Part shown: positions 38,065 to 48,893 of the stretch, piece after piece
How the letters are laid out: every line of letters begins with the position of its first letter
Numbering within the stretch: position 1 is the first letter of the stretch
DNA from: Oceanispirochaeta sp.
GTDB lineage: Bacteria > Spirochaetota > Spirochaetia > DSM-2461
Length of the DNA: 64,000 bases
Assembly (NCBI GenBank): GCA_963663385.2
Contig: CAXXXD010000001.1
Location: forward strand, 64,001 to 128,000
Direction: 5' to 3'
The notes under the pieces: model-generated
The model's database searches: none
What the model was told of the DNA's origin: nothing
Seen by the model: only the letters and a program-made list of their open reading frames with translations
Program-made: the position numbers and the translations under genes

Positions 38065-38877
38065 ATGGAATCCAGCGAAATCATTATTGAAACAGTAAAT
38101 ACCGACAACCTTATCCCCTACTGCTCCTGCCTGGAGGAGTGGTCTCCTGAGATAAAGGAAGCGGGAGATCTGAAATACCGCTGGTATGAGCAGATGAAGG
38201 AAAAGGGATTGGGTGTTCTGATTGCGAAAAACCCACGGAATGAACACGTCGGGATGATTCAGTATCTGCCGTCGGAATACACCAATGTACAGGCTGATAA
38301 TACCTATCACATTTTCTGTACCTGGGTACATGCCTATAAAGGGAAAGGAGTAGGAGATCAGCGGAACAAAGGCATTGGAAAGGCTCTGTTGGAAGCCGCG
38401 GAAGCGGATATCCTAAGCCGTAATGCCGCAGGCATAACAGCCTGGGGCCTTGGCATACCGGTCTGGATGAAAGCATCCTGGTACAGAAAACAGGGATATG
38501 TAAAAGCCGATAATAACGGGATAGCGCTTCTGATGTGGAAGCCCCTGAAGAGGGATGCCCCCAAACCAGTCTGGCGGAAACCGGCCGAATCCCTGACAGA
38601 TCCGGGGGAGAATGATAAAATCAGGGTTCTGTCCCTGATTAACGGGATTTGCCCCGGCTCCAATATAGGACATGAGAGAATAAGAAAGATTCTCAGTGAT
38701 TTCGGCGGCAGGATAGAATACGAGGTACGGCATACCCGGACATCGGAAGAAATCGAAAAATGGGGCATTATGGACGGGCTTTATATCAACGGAAAAGCTG
38801 TTCCCCTCGGACCTCCGCCAAAAGAGAAGAAATTACGAAGGATCCTGGAGAAAGAAATAAAAAAGATGAAACTCTAA
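38065..38877 (+). CDS. GNAT N-acetyltransferase (YoaP-like)
   Basis: GMIQYLP, IFCTWV and QRNKGIGKALL (acetyl-CoA motif); AGGAGG RBS. Confidence 0.82.
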   Translation: MESSEIIIETVNTDNLIPYCSCLEEWSPEIKEAGDLKYRWYEQMKEKGLGVLIAKNPRNEHVGMIQYLPSEYTNVQADNTYHIFCTWVHAYKGKGVGDQRNKGIGKALLEAAEADILSRNAAGITAWGLGIPVWMKASWYRKQGYVKADNNGIALLMWKPLKRDAPKPVWRKPAESLTDPGENDKIRVLSLINGICPGSNIGHERIRKILSDFGGRIEYEVRHTRTSEEIEKWGIMDGLYINGKAVPLGPPPKEKKLRRILEKEIKKMKL

Positions 38878-39199
38878 AAGGTTTCTTCAAGCCTCCGGTC
38901 AAACCGGCTGTATAGTTTACAGCAACCACAGCCATACCGCTCTCTCTGAGGCGGTGCAGAAAGGGATCAAGAATCCGAATCATACTCTTATCACCATGCA
39001 GCCAGGATCCTCCATGTATAAATACAAGCACGGGAGATAACTCTGAATTGTAGCTGCCGTATATTACCGAAGCAGGTTTCAAGGGGTAATAAATATTCAG
39101 CTTATACTCATGATAAGGAAAAACCGTTTTATAGGTAACATCTTCCAGAACGACTCCTTCGGGAGAGTCCAGGGTATCGATTCCTTATTTATTATTCAC
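38878..39199 (-). pseudogene. Truncated alpha/beta hydrolase (esterase/lipase) remnant
   Basis: GTG AAT AAT AAA TAA (in-frame stop), then ...EDVTYK...KLNIYYP...PVLVFIHGGSWLHGDK...AVVAVNY. Ends at the GNAT stop with no GxSxG. Confidence 0.7.
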
Positions 39200-39263
39200 T
39201 ATTATATCCTGATTTTTCCAATCTATCCGGACAATTTCCGTATTCCACTCTATAATGGAACAC

Positions 39264-40478
39264 ATGAAAACAAGTTCATTTAATACTCAACGTTTTGCAG
39301 TAAGAGAGCTCCTCCCTGTCCTTATGCTGCTTCTCCTTTCCGGTCTGGCGGAACTCAGCCCGGTATACGGCCAGTCGGCGTCCCTGTCTCTGGCCCTGCT
39401 GCCCTTTGAAAATATGAACAGCAACCCGGAACAGGACTACCTTAAAGGGATAATCAGCTCCCTCCTGGAAGAGGATCTGACCAGTTCCGATGCCCTGCAG
39501 ATTGTGGAAAGGGACAGCCTTGAAGAAGTTCTGAAAGAGCAGAAACTCCGGATGACCGGACTGATGGATGACAAAAACGCCCTGGAGGCGGGACGGCTGC
39601 TGGGCGCCTCCTATATGCTCAAAGGGGAATTTGTTTTTCTGGGCCAGGATATTTTTATCAATATTACTTTAATAGAAGTGGAAACCGGCAGGACCCGGGC
39701 CTTCTCCAAACGGGGGTATCAGGAAAACACGGTTCATGCCCTGTCGGAAGAACTGGTTGAACATATGACAGGGAACGCCCTGTATTTTCAGAATCCCGAG
39801 GGAGAAAGGAGCATACTGGCCCTTCTGCAGCAGGAACCGGGAACCGTGGAACTGTTCTCCTACATTGTTGATGCCCGTGTTTATATAGATGAGGAGTTTG
39901 CGGCCTACACAACAGGAGACAGAACAGTTCCCCTTGTTCTGACAGTTGCCCCGGGAAGGCATACGATCCGTCTCCATCTGTCCAAAGATTTCGGAGTAGT
40001 CAAAATGCCTGAAATACTGTTTTCCGACTGGCAGGAGGATTTTGAACTCCTCCCCGGTGAAAAAATCATACTGGAAGATAAAACAGCCCACTTCAATGGT
40101 ATTATCTACGACCTGCAGCAGATAATCCGGGATGAGCTGAAACTGAACCCCAAAGAAGAGTCCCTGCTGACTGCGGAACATTCCGGAAGTTTTGTCGATA
40201 GGGACGGTAAAACAATCGATATCGATTTACAGATAAGATGGGAAAAAACCGAATCCCCCGAACAGGGAGGGAAAGCGACGGTCCTGCTGGTCTATAACGG
40301 AGAGGAACACAATTACGAATACTTCAGTCCCCAGGGGGAAGATCTGGATATCGAGGAGACCGTGGGAAAAGTAAAACTGGATATGGAACTGGAGTGTCGC
40401 AGCGAATGGTACTGGGATCTGGATTATGGAATCTGGCGGACCGATATCTACCAGGGACTGCACAGGGAGGAGTACTGA
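39264..40478 (+). CDS. CsgG/TolB-N-like domain exported protein with a PEGA-like region
   Basis: LALLPFEN, IVERDSLEEVLKEQKL and AGRLLGASYML motifs; ARVYID...PGRHTIRL. Alternative start 39255. Confidence 0.7.
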   Translation: MKTSSFNTQRFAVRELLPVLMLLLLSGLAELSPVYGQSASLSLALLPFENMNSNPEQDYLKGIISSLLEEDLTSSDALQIVERDSLEEVLKEQKLRMTGLMDDKNALEAGRLLGASYMLKGEFVFLGQDIFINITLIEVETGRTRAFSKRGYQENTVHALSEELVEHMTGNALYFQNPEGERSILALLQQEPGTVELFSYIVDARVYIDEEFAAYTTGDRTVPLVLTVAPGRHTIRLHLSKDFGVVKMPEILFSDWQEDFELLPGEKIILEDKTAHFNGIIYDLQQIIRDELKLNPKEESLLTAEHSGSFVDRDGKTIDIDLQIRWEKTESPEQGGKATVLLVYNGEEHNYEYFSPQGEDLDIEETVGKVKLDMELECRSEWYWDLDYGIWRTDIYQGLHREEY

Positions 40479-40481
40479 ACT

Positions 40482-41324
40482 CTACTCCTGATGAATCCGG
40501 GACAGGCTCTTCCGGTACTCTCCGGGTGGCATACCGTACTGTTTGGAGAACAGTTTATAAAAGTAGTTCAGATTCCCGTATCCCAGAGAGAGGGCTATAT
40601 CGAGAACGGGGGTATTGGAATGCTCCAGCAGCAGACAGGCCCGTTTCAGTTTCTGGTCATTCAGCCAGCTGGAAGGGGTGGTCTGCAGATAGCGCTTGAA
40701 ACTGCGGGCCAGATGCTCGGGAGAACGCTTGCAGATTCCGGCCATCTCCTTTGTCGTCAAACCGCTGTCCAGCCGTTCCCGGGATTCCTCCAGAAGAGAC
40801 TCAAGCCATCCGGGAAGGGTGTGTACTGTATGCTTTTCCTGCGGTTCGGAGAGATCGGCAATAAGGGTTGTCAGGACTTTCTGAAGCAGAAGATCCCCGT
40901 AGGGAGTTTTCTGATAGAGAAAAAGCTCGTCCAGACCGTTCATCAACCGGGCCCGTTTGCTGGGAGGAACATTAAGATTCAATCCCCCGCCGGGAGCAAG
41001 GTTTCTGTAGGCATTCCCCAGTTCCGGCTGGGACAGAAATGCGTCCCAGTCTTCCACAGGAAGGATCAGATTGTAAAACCCGAAAACCCGGCCGTATAAA
41101 CGGTGATACTCCTCCTCTCCCACTGAGAAGAAATCTCCGGTTTTGGCCGGGTGCTCTCCATCGTCCAGAACATGGGTCAGGGATCCCTCAAAAAGATAAT
41201 AAAATTCAAAGACCCTATTATGCCTGTGACGGGGAAAAGACCAGCCGTTGTGGGTTCTTATCCTGTGAAGGATATACCGGAAGGGACGAATATCCTCTAA
41301 CTGTACAGTGACAACTTTGTCCAT
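40482..41324 (-). CDS. AraC family regulator (cupin + HTH; ChbR-like)
   Basis: HRH...EFYY; SPEHLARSFK; IALSLGYGNLNYFYKLF. Divergent from the GH1 gene. Confidence 0.9.
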   Translation of the reverse strand: MDKVVTVQLEDIRPFRYILHRIRTHNGWSFPRHRHNRVFEFYYLFEGSLTHVLDDGEHPAKTGDFFSVGEEEYHRLYGRVFGFYNLILPVEDWDAFLSQPELGNAYRNLAPGGGLNLNVPPSKRARLMNGLDELFLYQKTPYGDLLLQKVLTTLIADLSEPQEKHTVHTLPGWLESLLEESRERLDSGLTTKEMAGICKRSPEHLARSFKRYLQTTPSSWLNDQKLKRACLLLEHSNTPVLDIALSLGYGNLNYFYKLFSKQYGMPPGEYRKSLSRIHQE

Positions 41325-41471
41325 AAGGTTATTATCATCTAAAACATCAAATAATTACAACAAAATATCATTCAACTTGAAGAGGAAATCAAATAGAAAG
41401 TGATTTAATACAAACATAGAATAAACAGCATGCTGAAACAGACAGATAATATTCCCGAAAAGGAGCGCATA

Positions 41472-42818
41472 ATGGAACAGAAATACCTTTACCCTTCAGA
41501 TTTTATCTGGGGAGCCGCTACAGCATCCTACCAGATAGAGGGAGCCTATAACGAAGACGGGAGGGGAATGTCCACCTGGGATACCTTTTCCAGAGAACCG
41601 GGCAGAGTTCTGAACGGCGATACCGGAGACATAGCCTGCGACCATTATCACCGTACAAAAGAAGATATTGCCCTGATGAAAGAGATGGGATTGAAAAACT
41701 ACCGTTTTTCCATTGCCTGGCCCCGGATCATGCCTACCGGCGAAGGCGAAGTTAACCAGAAAGGACTGGACTTCTACAGCCGGCTTGTGGACGATCTTCT
41801 GGAGGCGGGGATCGAACCGCTTATCACCCTGTTTCACTGGGATCTGCCTCAGGCCCTGCAGGATAAATACGGAGGGTGGAAAAGCAAGGAAGTCAGCCGT
41901 CTTTTTGCAGAGTACGCAGACGTGGTTACAAAAGCCCTGGGAGACCGGGTAAAACGCTGGGCCACCATTAACGAAATAATGTGCTTTACAATCCTGGCCC
42001 ACGAGGCGGATGTCCATGCCCCGGGAGGAAAGGAACCTAAAGCCGTCACCAATCAGACCGTGCACAATGCCCTTCTGGGACACGGGCTGGCGCTGGAGAA
42101 AATCCGGGCGAATGTCCCGGACGCCATAGCCGGGATTGTAGAAAACCTCTCCGCCCCCTGGCCTCTACTGACGGAAGAGCCCTACCTGACAGCGGCCGGA
42201 ACAGCATGGAAGTATAAAAACTCCCAGATACTCTTCCCCCTGATGACAGGCAGATATGACAGAGAGATCTTCGAACGCCAGTTCGGTCCCCTTCCCGAAT
42301 ACACGGAGGAAGAGATGAAAAAAATCGGCGCTCCCATCGATTATATAGGGTATAACTTCTACTTCGGGACCCCCGTCCGGGCTGATGATAATGTAAAAGG
42401 CTATAGGGATATTGAAATGCCCGCAGCCTTTCCACGGACTGCTATGGGATGGGAGATCAACCCGGAAGCCCTCTACTGGTCTCTCCGGTATACAAAAGAG
42501 TATTTTGGAGACATTCCCGTTTATATTACCGAAAACGGGATGGCCGCCGATGACAAAGTGGAAGAAGACGGTTCCGTCCAGGATATAGACCGGATCAGCT
42601 ACCTGCGCTCCCACCTTAAATCCATGCACCGGGCCATTGAGGAGGGGATAAACCTGAAAGGCTACTATGTCTGGTCCCTTATGGACAACTTCGAGTGGGC
42701 TCTGGGTTACTCAAAACGCTTCGGCGTTGTCCGGGTTAACTACGAGACCCAGGAAAGAACTGTTAAAGAGTCGGGCAGGTATTACAGCCGGGTAATGGCG
42801 GCTAACCGGGTTTTATAG
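41472..42818 (+). CDS. Beta-glucosidase, glycoside hydrolase family 1
   Basis: WGAATASYQIEG, YRFSIAWPR, TINE (acid/base), YITENG (nucleophile) and WSLMDNFEW motifs; start ATG 41472 after AAGGAG. Confidence 0.95.
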   Translation: MEQKYLYPSDFIWGAATASYQIEGAYNEDGRGMSTWDTFSREPGRVLNGDTGDIACDHYHRTKEDIALMKEMGLKNYRFSIAWPRIMPTGEGEVNQKGLDFYSRLVDDLLEAGIEPLITLFHWDLPQALQDKYGGWKSKEVSRLFAEYADVVTKALGDRVKRWATINEIMCFTILAHEADVHAPGGKEPKAVTNQTVHNALLGHGLALEKIRANVPDAIAGIVENLSAPWPLLTEEPYLTAAGTAWKYKNSQILFPLMTGRYDREIFERQFGPLPEYTEEEMKKIGAPIDYIGYNFYFGTPVRADDNVKGYRDIEMPAAFPRTAMGWEINPEALYWSLRYTKEYFGDIPVYITENGMAADDKVEEDGSVQDIDRISYLRSHLKSMHRAIEEGINLKGYYVWSLMDNFEWALGYSKRFGVVRVNYETQERTVKESGRYYSRVMAANRVL

Positions 42819-42852
42819 AGCAAACCTTCACTTGTATTCAGACTGAACGAAA

Positions 42853-42887
42853 AGGCTGTTTCCCGAAACGGAAGCGGTCTTTTTTTT
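42853..42887 (+). terminator. Rho-independent terminator after the GH1 gene
   Basis: aggctgtttcc-cgaaac-ggaagcggtct followed by a long T run. Confidence 0.75.
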
Positions 42888-42900
42888 ATTTATAGAAGAA

Positions 42901-42964
42901 TTAGTTTGACGTGTTTCAACATTAATGATAAATTCGCCTTACCATCTTACTAAGTTAAACTAAG
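42901..42964 (+). promoter_or_regulatory. Sigma70 promoter and probable ROK operator
   Basis: TTGACG(42906-42911)-N17-TAAATT with TGn extension. Imperfect palindrome CTTACTAAGTTAAACTAAG (42946-42964), plus a TTAGTTT half-site at 42901. Confidence 0.6.
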
Positions 42965-42988
42965 CATGTTAATCAAGGCGGTTCAGAA

Positions 42989-44170
42989 GTGAAATCATCC
43001 AGGAATTCAAAAGAACAGAGACGGGATAACGCATTCAATGTTCTGAATATTATTCGCAACAATAAGCAGGGAGTTACCCGGAAACAGATTACGGAAAAAA
43101 CCGGACTCAGCTATCCGTCTGTAAACGATATAGTGAATTACCTTGACAGCTTCGGTTTCCTGGAAACGTTCGAAGGAGAGGGAGACAGCCGGAAGAAAGT
43201 TCCCTGCTACAGATTCTCCGGAGGAAACTACCGGGTCCTGGGATTGAGTATCATCCCCCGAAAGATCATTGGCGTCTGCTGCGATCTGAAAGGGAATATC
43301 CTCAACCGCTTTGAAGAACACTATGATGAGATTCAGGACAGGTTCCCGGAAACAGTTCTTGCCCGCTTCAGGAAGATCAAGACTGATATGGAAAAAGCAG
43401 ATACAGAAGTTCTCGGCCTGGGGATAGGTGCCCCGGGTCTCCTGAACCCGAAGGAAGGCATAATCCGCTATGCGGCCCAGTTCCATGAACTGGAAGGTCT
43501 GAACCTGAAGGAGACCTTTTCAAAAGGGCTGAACCTTCCGGTATTCCTGGAACACAACCCCAATCTGAGCGCCTTTGCAGAAAAGCGAATCGGTGCGGCA
43601 CAGGATCTATCGGATTTCCTGTATGTCATACTGGACTCCGGAATTGGAGGCTGCCTTTTTCACGGCAACAGACTATTCCGGGGCAGCTCTCCTTTTCTGG
43701 GGGAACTGGGACACTCATCCGTACACTATGATGGTCCTCTCTGCCAGTGCGGAAACCATGGCTGCCTGGAATTATATGCCGGTTATGATGTGTTGAACAA
43801 GAAAATGGCAGCCTGTTCAAATAGGGATGAGAGTGAAAGGATCCTGGAAGAAGTGTCCAGTTATATCGGATCCTCGATCAGCAATCTGGTCAGTTTTCTG
43901 GGAATCTGCAATATCATATTCTGCGGAAAATCCATAAGGGAATACCCCGAACTCTTCTATAAAACAAGACAGGTTCTTCTGACCAGGACCCTGCCGGTTT
44001 TTGAACCGGATTTTAATATCAAACAAACGTCTCTGGAGCATGATGCCTCCCCCCTGGGGGCAGCCCTGTGGATGGGTGAGATTGCCCTTTCAAATTTGAG
44101 TTCCCAGTTCTTCCCGATGGCGCCGGATCTGGATTTGAAACTGGACGGAGTTATGAAATCAAGTATGTAG
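42989..44170 (+). CDS. ROK family transcriptional repressor
   Basis: N-terminal HTH (TRKQITEKTGLSYPSV), GIGAPG, GELGH and CQCGNHGCLE motifs. Confidence 0.9.
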   Translation: MKSSRNSKEQRRDNAFNVLNIIRNNKQGVTRKQITEKTGLSYPSVNDIVNYLDSFGFLETFEGEGDSRKKVPCYRFSGGNYRVLGLSIIPRKIIGVCCDLKGNILNRFEEHYDEIQDRFPETVLARFRKIKTDMEKADTEVLGLGIGAPGLLNPKEGIIRYAAQFHELEGLNLKETFSKGLNLPVFLEHNPNLSAFAEKRIGAAQDLSDFLYVILDSGIGGCLFHGNRLFRGSSPFLGELGHSSVHYDGPLCQCGNHGCLELYAGYDVLNKKMAACSNRDESERILEEVSSYIGSSISNLVSFLGICNIIFCGKSIREYPELFYKTRQVLLTRTLPVFEPDFNIKQTSLEHDASPLGAALWMGEIALSNLSSQFFPMAPDLDLKLDGVMKSSM

Positions 44171-44219
44171 AAAGGTTCCCGGTAAAGGGGAATCGTAAGG
44201 TTACATAAAGGAGTTATTT

Positions 44220-45563
44220 ATGAAAAAGATCACATGTATGAAACGCATCCTCGCTGCCAGTCTGATGAGCATCGGATTGTGTGCCCCTGTTTTTGCGGAG
44301 GGACAGAAGGAAAAGGCTGAAACGTCCGGCAGTCTGGAGATTTTCGCCTTTGCCGGCCCTATAAAGGAAGCATTCTGGCAGGAAGCCATAGCAGAATATA
44401 ACAGCCGTTACCCCGATGTGGAGGTATCTCTTACCGCCGGCCCCAAAATCAACGATCAGGTCCGGATCAATATTGCCGCCGGGAATGCACCCGATATCTA
44501 TTTCAGTGCGGGAGCCGGTAAGATTACCATCCCCCAGATGGTTGCGGAAGACCTGATCCTCCCTCTGGATGATCTGCTGAATGGGCCGGACTGGAATGAT
44601 AAGGGGACTCTGAAGGATTCCCTTATCAACGGAAGGGTTCAGAAGATTGACGGGACCACATACGGAATAGAAGTTCCCTTTCATCTGGTCGGATTTTTCT
44701 ATCATGAACCGACCTTTGCAGAGAACGGATGGAAAGTTCCGGAAAACTTTGATGACTTCCGCCGGATAGCACCTGAAATCCAGGCGAAGGGAATATCTCC
44801 CATGGTTACCACCGGTGTTTATCCCTACTATTTTGAAGAGTTTGTCATGCGCGGCGCCGTTGCCGCTGCCGGTGGCAAGCAGGCTCTTCTGGACTGGGCA
44901 AACCTGAAACCCGGCTTTTTTACATCTCCCGCTTTCAAACGTGTGGTTGAAAAGTATGAATGGACCATATCCCAGGGGTATCAGATGCCGGAAAGCGCCG
45001 GTCTGAACCACACAGCCAGCCAGACGGAGTGGGTTCACAGCAAAGCAGCCCTCATTCCCTGCGGGACCTGGATTGAGAGTGAAATGAAAAACGACTTCCC
45101 CGAAGGATTCACCGAAGGGATCCGCTTTCTGCCCTCCTTCTTTATCGACAATAATCAGGACATGATCGTGACCCCTTATGGGAATGCTCCTGTAACAGTA
45201 CTCAAAGGTGACGGCGAAGAGAATGCGAAAAACTTTATCCGGGCCCTCTATGCCCCCAGGGTTATGGCGAAACTGACAGAGATTACCAATATCCTCAGCA
45301 ATGTTCCGGAAGCCAACTCAATCTCTCAGAAAAGCCCTGCCATCAGCAGTGCGGTGGACTGGTATGAAAATGCCCGGAGTATTAACTGGCCCGTTGGCGG
45401 TTATGCCACTCAGGATATTACCAAAACGCTCCAGGGCAACCTGCAGAGCCTGATGAGCGGAAAGATTACAGCTGATGAACTCTGCAGCAATATGGAAACT
45501 GCCGCAGAAAAAGTCCGCAGCGACAAAAACATTTCCTATTTCGACGCTTACATCCCCGAATAA
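44220..45563 (+). CDS. Carbohydrate ABC substrate-binding protein (NgcE-like, CUT1)
   Basis: AGNAPDI, GVYPYY, LNHTASQTEW and IPCGTWIESEM motifs. Confidence 0.85.
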   Translation: MKKITCMKRILAASLMSIGLCAPVFAEGQKEKAETSGSLEIFAFAGPIKEAFWQEAIAEYNSRYPDVEVSLTAGPKINDQVRINIAAGNAPDIYFSAGAGKITIPQMVAEDLILPLDDLLNGPDWNDKGTLKDSLINGRVQKIDGTTYGIEVPFHLVGFFYHEPTFAENGWKVPENFDDFRRIAPEIQAKGISPMVTTGVYPYYFEEFVMRGAVAAAGGKQALLDWANLKPGFFTSPAFKRVVEKYEWTISQGYQMPESAGLNHTASQTEWVHSKAALIPCGTWIESEMKNDFPEGFTEGIRFLPSFFIDNNQDMIVTPYGNAPVTVLKGDGEENAKNFIRALYAPRVMAKLTEITNILSNVPEANSISQKSPAISSAVDWYENARSINWPVGGYATQDITKTLQGNLQSLMSGKITADELCSNMETAAEKVRSDKNISYFDAYIPE

Positions 45564-45645
45564 CAAGCTTTTTTTCAAACGGGGCCATTACAGATAAGAC
45601 TTCTGCCGTGGCCCCTGATTTCAAAACACCCCCGGAGGTACTCAT

Positions 45646-46569
45646 ATGTCCCGACCATCCCTTATCAGCGGAAAAGGACGGACCAATCCCGAATTCCTGA
45701 TATTTGTCATTGCCGGTATGGCCCCGGCTGTCATTCTATCCTTCTGGCTGCATATCTATCCCGTATTTCAGGGTCTGTTTATCAGCCTTTTCAGGTGGAG
45801 CGGATTGTCCCCTAAAAAGACTTTCGCCGGTCTTGGTAATTACAGCGCAATTTTTTCTGATCCCATTGTATGGACCGCACTGGGCCATGACCTTTATCTC
45901 GTATTTTTCAAAAGCCTTTTTACTATCAGTTTGGCTCTTTTCTTCTCGGTGCTGCTCTTTTTCTCATCCAAAAGAAGACAGAAACTCTACCAGGGTATCT
46001 TTTTCTTTCCCAATATCCTTTCGGTTGCCATCGTCGGCATCATCTTTACCTTTGTCTATAATCCATCCATTGGAATTTTAAATACCCTGCTGAATCAGAT
46101 CGGTCTTTCCCAGCTGGCCAGACCCTGGCTGGGAGATCCGGGAGCAGCCCTGAACGCCGTACTCTTCCCCTCCATCTGGGCTGCCGTAGGCTACCAGATG
46201 CTTCTGATAAGCGCCGGAATGGCATCACTGCCTTCAGTCTATTTTGAAGTCGGTCTTCTGGAGGGAGCGTCCCGGTTTCAGGAATTCATTTATATAATTT
46301 TCCCCCTTCTGAGGAATATCCTCAAAACATGCCTTTCCCTTCTTGTAATCAATACCCTGAACGAATCCTTTATTTTTATCAGGGTCATGACAAACGGAGG
46401 ACCGAATCATGCCACGGAGGTTCTGGGAACCTATATGTATTACCAGGCCTTCCAGAACTTCAAATTCGGTTATGGAACGACCGTGGCGGTAGTGAACTTT
46501 CTGGTCGCCATGGCCCTGACAGTCCTCGTTACAAAATTACTGAAAAAGGAGGGCCTGGAATATGCCTGA
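45646..46569 (+). CDS. Carbohydrate ABC permease 1
   Basis: FAGLGNY, FFPNILS and MTNGGPNHATEVL motifs. Confidence 0.9.
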   Translation: MSRPSLISGKGRTNPEFLIFVIAGMAPAVILSFWLHIYPVFQGLFISLFRWSGLSPKKTFAGLGNYSAIFSDPIVWTALGHDLYLVFFKSLFTISLALFFSVLLFFSSKRRQKLYQGIFFFPNILSVAIVGIIFTFVYNPSIGILNTLLNQIGLSQLARPWLGDPGAALNAVLFPSIWAAVGYQMLLISAGMASLPSVYFEVGLLEGASRFQEFIYIIFPLLRNILKTCLSLLVINTLNESFIFIRVMTNGGPNHATEVLGTYMYYQAFQNFKFGYGTTVAVVNFLVAMALTVLVTKLLKKEGLEYA

Positions 46570-47404
46570 CAAAAAACGGATTTCCTTTGGCGCAGCTGCC
46601 TCCATGACACTCCTGCTTATATGGACACTGATAATCATCTATCCCATGATCTGGACTTTTCTGGGTTCATTCAAGGACAACATGAGCCTGTATGAAAATC
46701 CCTGGGGCATCCCTTCTGTTTTTCATTTTGAAAACTACAGCAGAGCCTGGGGCGAGGCAAATATCGGACGCTATTTCTTCAACAGCGTTATAGTAACAGT
46801 GATTTCCCTGGGAGCCGGCGTTTTTATTTCCGTTCTGGCAGCCTATATTGTCTGCCGCTTTCCCTTCCGTCCGGTAAAAATCTGTTTCCATATAATGACG
46901 GTATCCATGATGCTGCCGCTGGTACTGACCCTGGTACCCAAGTTCATGATCATTCAGAAAACCGGACTGCTGGACACTCATATAGGTCTTATCCTGATCT
47001 ATGTGGCCGGAGGAATCCCATTCGGGGTCTTTACCATGGAAAGCTACTTCCAGTCCCTGCCGATTGACTTTGAGGAGTCAGCCTACCTGGACGGGGCTTC
47101 ACCACTAAGGACATTCATAAGTATTATTATGCCGGTTACCACATCCGGAACAGTTGTAGTCTCTATCTTCCTTTTCCTGCGGAGCTGGAACGAAGTGTAC
47201 CATGCCATGATCCTTCTGCTTACTGAAAGCAAGTATACCATCCCCCTCGGTATGATCCGCTTGATCGAAGTACAGCAGTATTCAGTCGAATGGGGTCCGA
47301 TCCTGGCGGGAGTTACTATAGCTATCGTTCCGATCATACTGTTCTATATACTATCACAGAAAAAACTGGTCGCAGGACTGACCGAAGGAGGACTTAAAGG
47401 ATGA
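46562..47404 (+). CDS. Carbohydrate ABC permease 2
   Basis: FENYSRAW, EESAYLDGAS (EAA loop) and GGLKG motifs. Confidence 0.9.
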   Translation: MPDKKRISFGAAASMTLLLIWTLIIIYPMIWTFLGSFKDNMSLYENPWGIPSVFHFENYSRAWGEANIGRYFFNSVIVTVISLGAGVFISVLAAYIVCRFPFRPVKICFHIMTVSMMLPLVLTLVPKFMIIQKTGLLDTHIGLILIYVAGGIPFGVFTMESYFQSLPIDFEESAYLDGASPLRTFISIIMPVTTSGTVVVSIFLFLRSWNEVYHAMILLLTESKYTIPLGMIRLIEVQQYSVEWGPILAGVTIAIVPIILFYILSQKKLVAGLTEGGLKG

Positions 47405-48870
47405 AAGAACAGAACATACTTTATATACTGACAGATCAACACCGCTGGGACATGCTGGGAGCCTATGGTCACCCTCAGGTAAAAACACCCCATATAGATT
47501 CTCTGGCCAGGGACGGCCTGACCTTTAATCATGCCTTTACCCCCTCTTCTATCTGCGGTCCCGCCCGGACCAGCCTTTTTACCGGGCAGGTCCCCACTAC
47601 ACACGGGGTAGCGCAGAATGCGGAAACCGGACACCTGCAGCATCATAAGGCTGATCCCCTGCCCGAGATCCCGACTCTGGGAGACTATCTGGCTGATTAT
47701 GAAAAGATCTACCTGGGAAAATGGCATATCGCCGAAACCAGACTGCCCTCGGATTACGGCTTCAAGGGCCACAATTTCCCCGGATACGGCTACCCGGGTT
47801 CTGGGGTTCACAAGAATCTGGTATTTGATCAGGGACCGGGAGAGAAAAACCGCTACAGGGACTGGCTGGAGGAAAAAGGGTACCCCATCCCGGAAGTCAG
47901 CGAAAGCTTTATGGGGAATAACCCCAATCTTCAGAAACAGGAACTGAGAGGAAAACTCAGCGGCACAAAGGAACACACCATCCCGGCCTTCCTTTACGAT
48001 GAGGCAAAAAGATACCTGACAAACAGAGATAAATCAAAACCCTTCTTTATGTGGATGAATTTCTGGGGCCCCCACACCCCCTGTACCATCCCCGAACCCT
48101 ACTACTCCATGTACGATCCCCGGGAAATTGCCGAAGACCCCGCCTTCAGGGAATCCTTCGAAAATAAACCTCTTCACCAAAAGCATATATCCTATATGTG
48201 GGGCGTACACGATTTGAACTGGGAGGAGTGGAGCCTTATAATCGCCCGCTACTTCGGATATATTACTTTGATTGACGACTATATCGGCCTTTTACTGGAT
48301 TTTTTGAAAGAAGAAGGCCTCTATGATAACACGACTATTGTGTTTACAGCTGATCACGGGGATGCCATGGGGGCCCACAGACTGATAGAAAAGGGTGAGT
48401 TCATGTACGATGAAACGTACCGGATTCCCATGATCGTCAAATCGCCGCTGATTAGAGAACCCGGATCCGGAAATGACGATTTCGTCTACCTTCATGATCT
48501 GTTTCCCACGGCCCTGGAACTGGCCGGGGAAGATCTGCCCGAACTGGACCAGGCCCGGAGTCTTGTTCCCATACTGAAAGGGGAATCCTCCCGGGCACCC
48601 AGAGAATTTGTCTACGGTCAGTTCACCGGACACTTTACCGACTACAATCAGAGAATGATACGGACAAAAGAGCACAAGCTGGTCTTCAATGCCCCGGAGA
48701 AGGGAGAACTCTACCACCTGACGGAGGACCCCTGCGAAATGATAAATCTTATCCATCACCCCGACTATAAAGGAGTAAAAAAAGATTTGATTAATCAGCT
48801 GCTGAAAGAAATGCGGCAGCTGAAGGATCCCATGACCGAGTGGGTAACCCGGATAAGTCAGTATTATTAA
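47401..48870 (+). CDS. Cys-type (formylglycine-dependent) sulfatase, cytoplasmic
   Basis: NILYILTDQHR, CGPARTSLFTG, GKWH, GPH and TADHGD motifs. Confidence 0.92.
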   Translation: MKEQNILYILTDQHRWDMLGAYGHPQVKTPHIDSLARDGLTFNHAFTPSSICGPARTSLFTGQVPTTHGVAQNAETGHLQHHKADPLPEIPTLGDYLADYEKIYLGKWHIAETRLPSDYGFKGHNFPGYGYPGSGVHKNLVFDQGPGEKNRYRDWLEEKGYPIPEVSESFMGNNPNLQKQELRGKLSGTKEHTIPAFLYDEAKRYLTNRDKSKPFFMWMNFWGPHTPCTIPEPYYSMYDPREIAEDPAFRESFENKPLHQKHISYMWGVHDLNWEEWSLIIARYFGYITLIDDYIGLLLDFLKEEGLYDNTTIVFTADHGDAMGAHRLIEKGEFMYDETYRIPMIVKSPLIREPGSGNDDFVYLHDLFPTALELAGEDLPELDQARSLVPILKGESSRAPREFVYGQFTGHFTDYNQRMIRTKEHKLVFNAPEKGELYHLTEDPCEMINLIHHPDYKGVKKDLINQLLKEMRQLKDPMTEWVTRISQYY

Positions 48871-48893
48871 GCCGCCACAGGGAAGGTTCAGAC

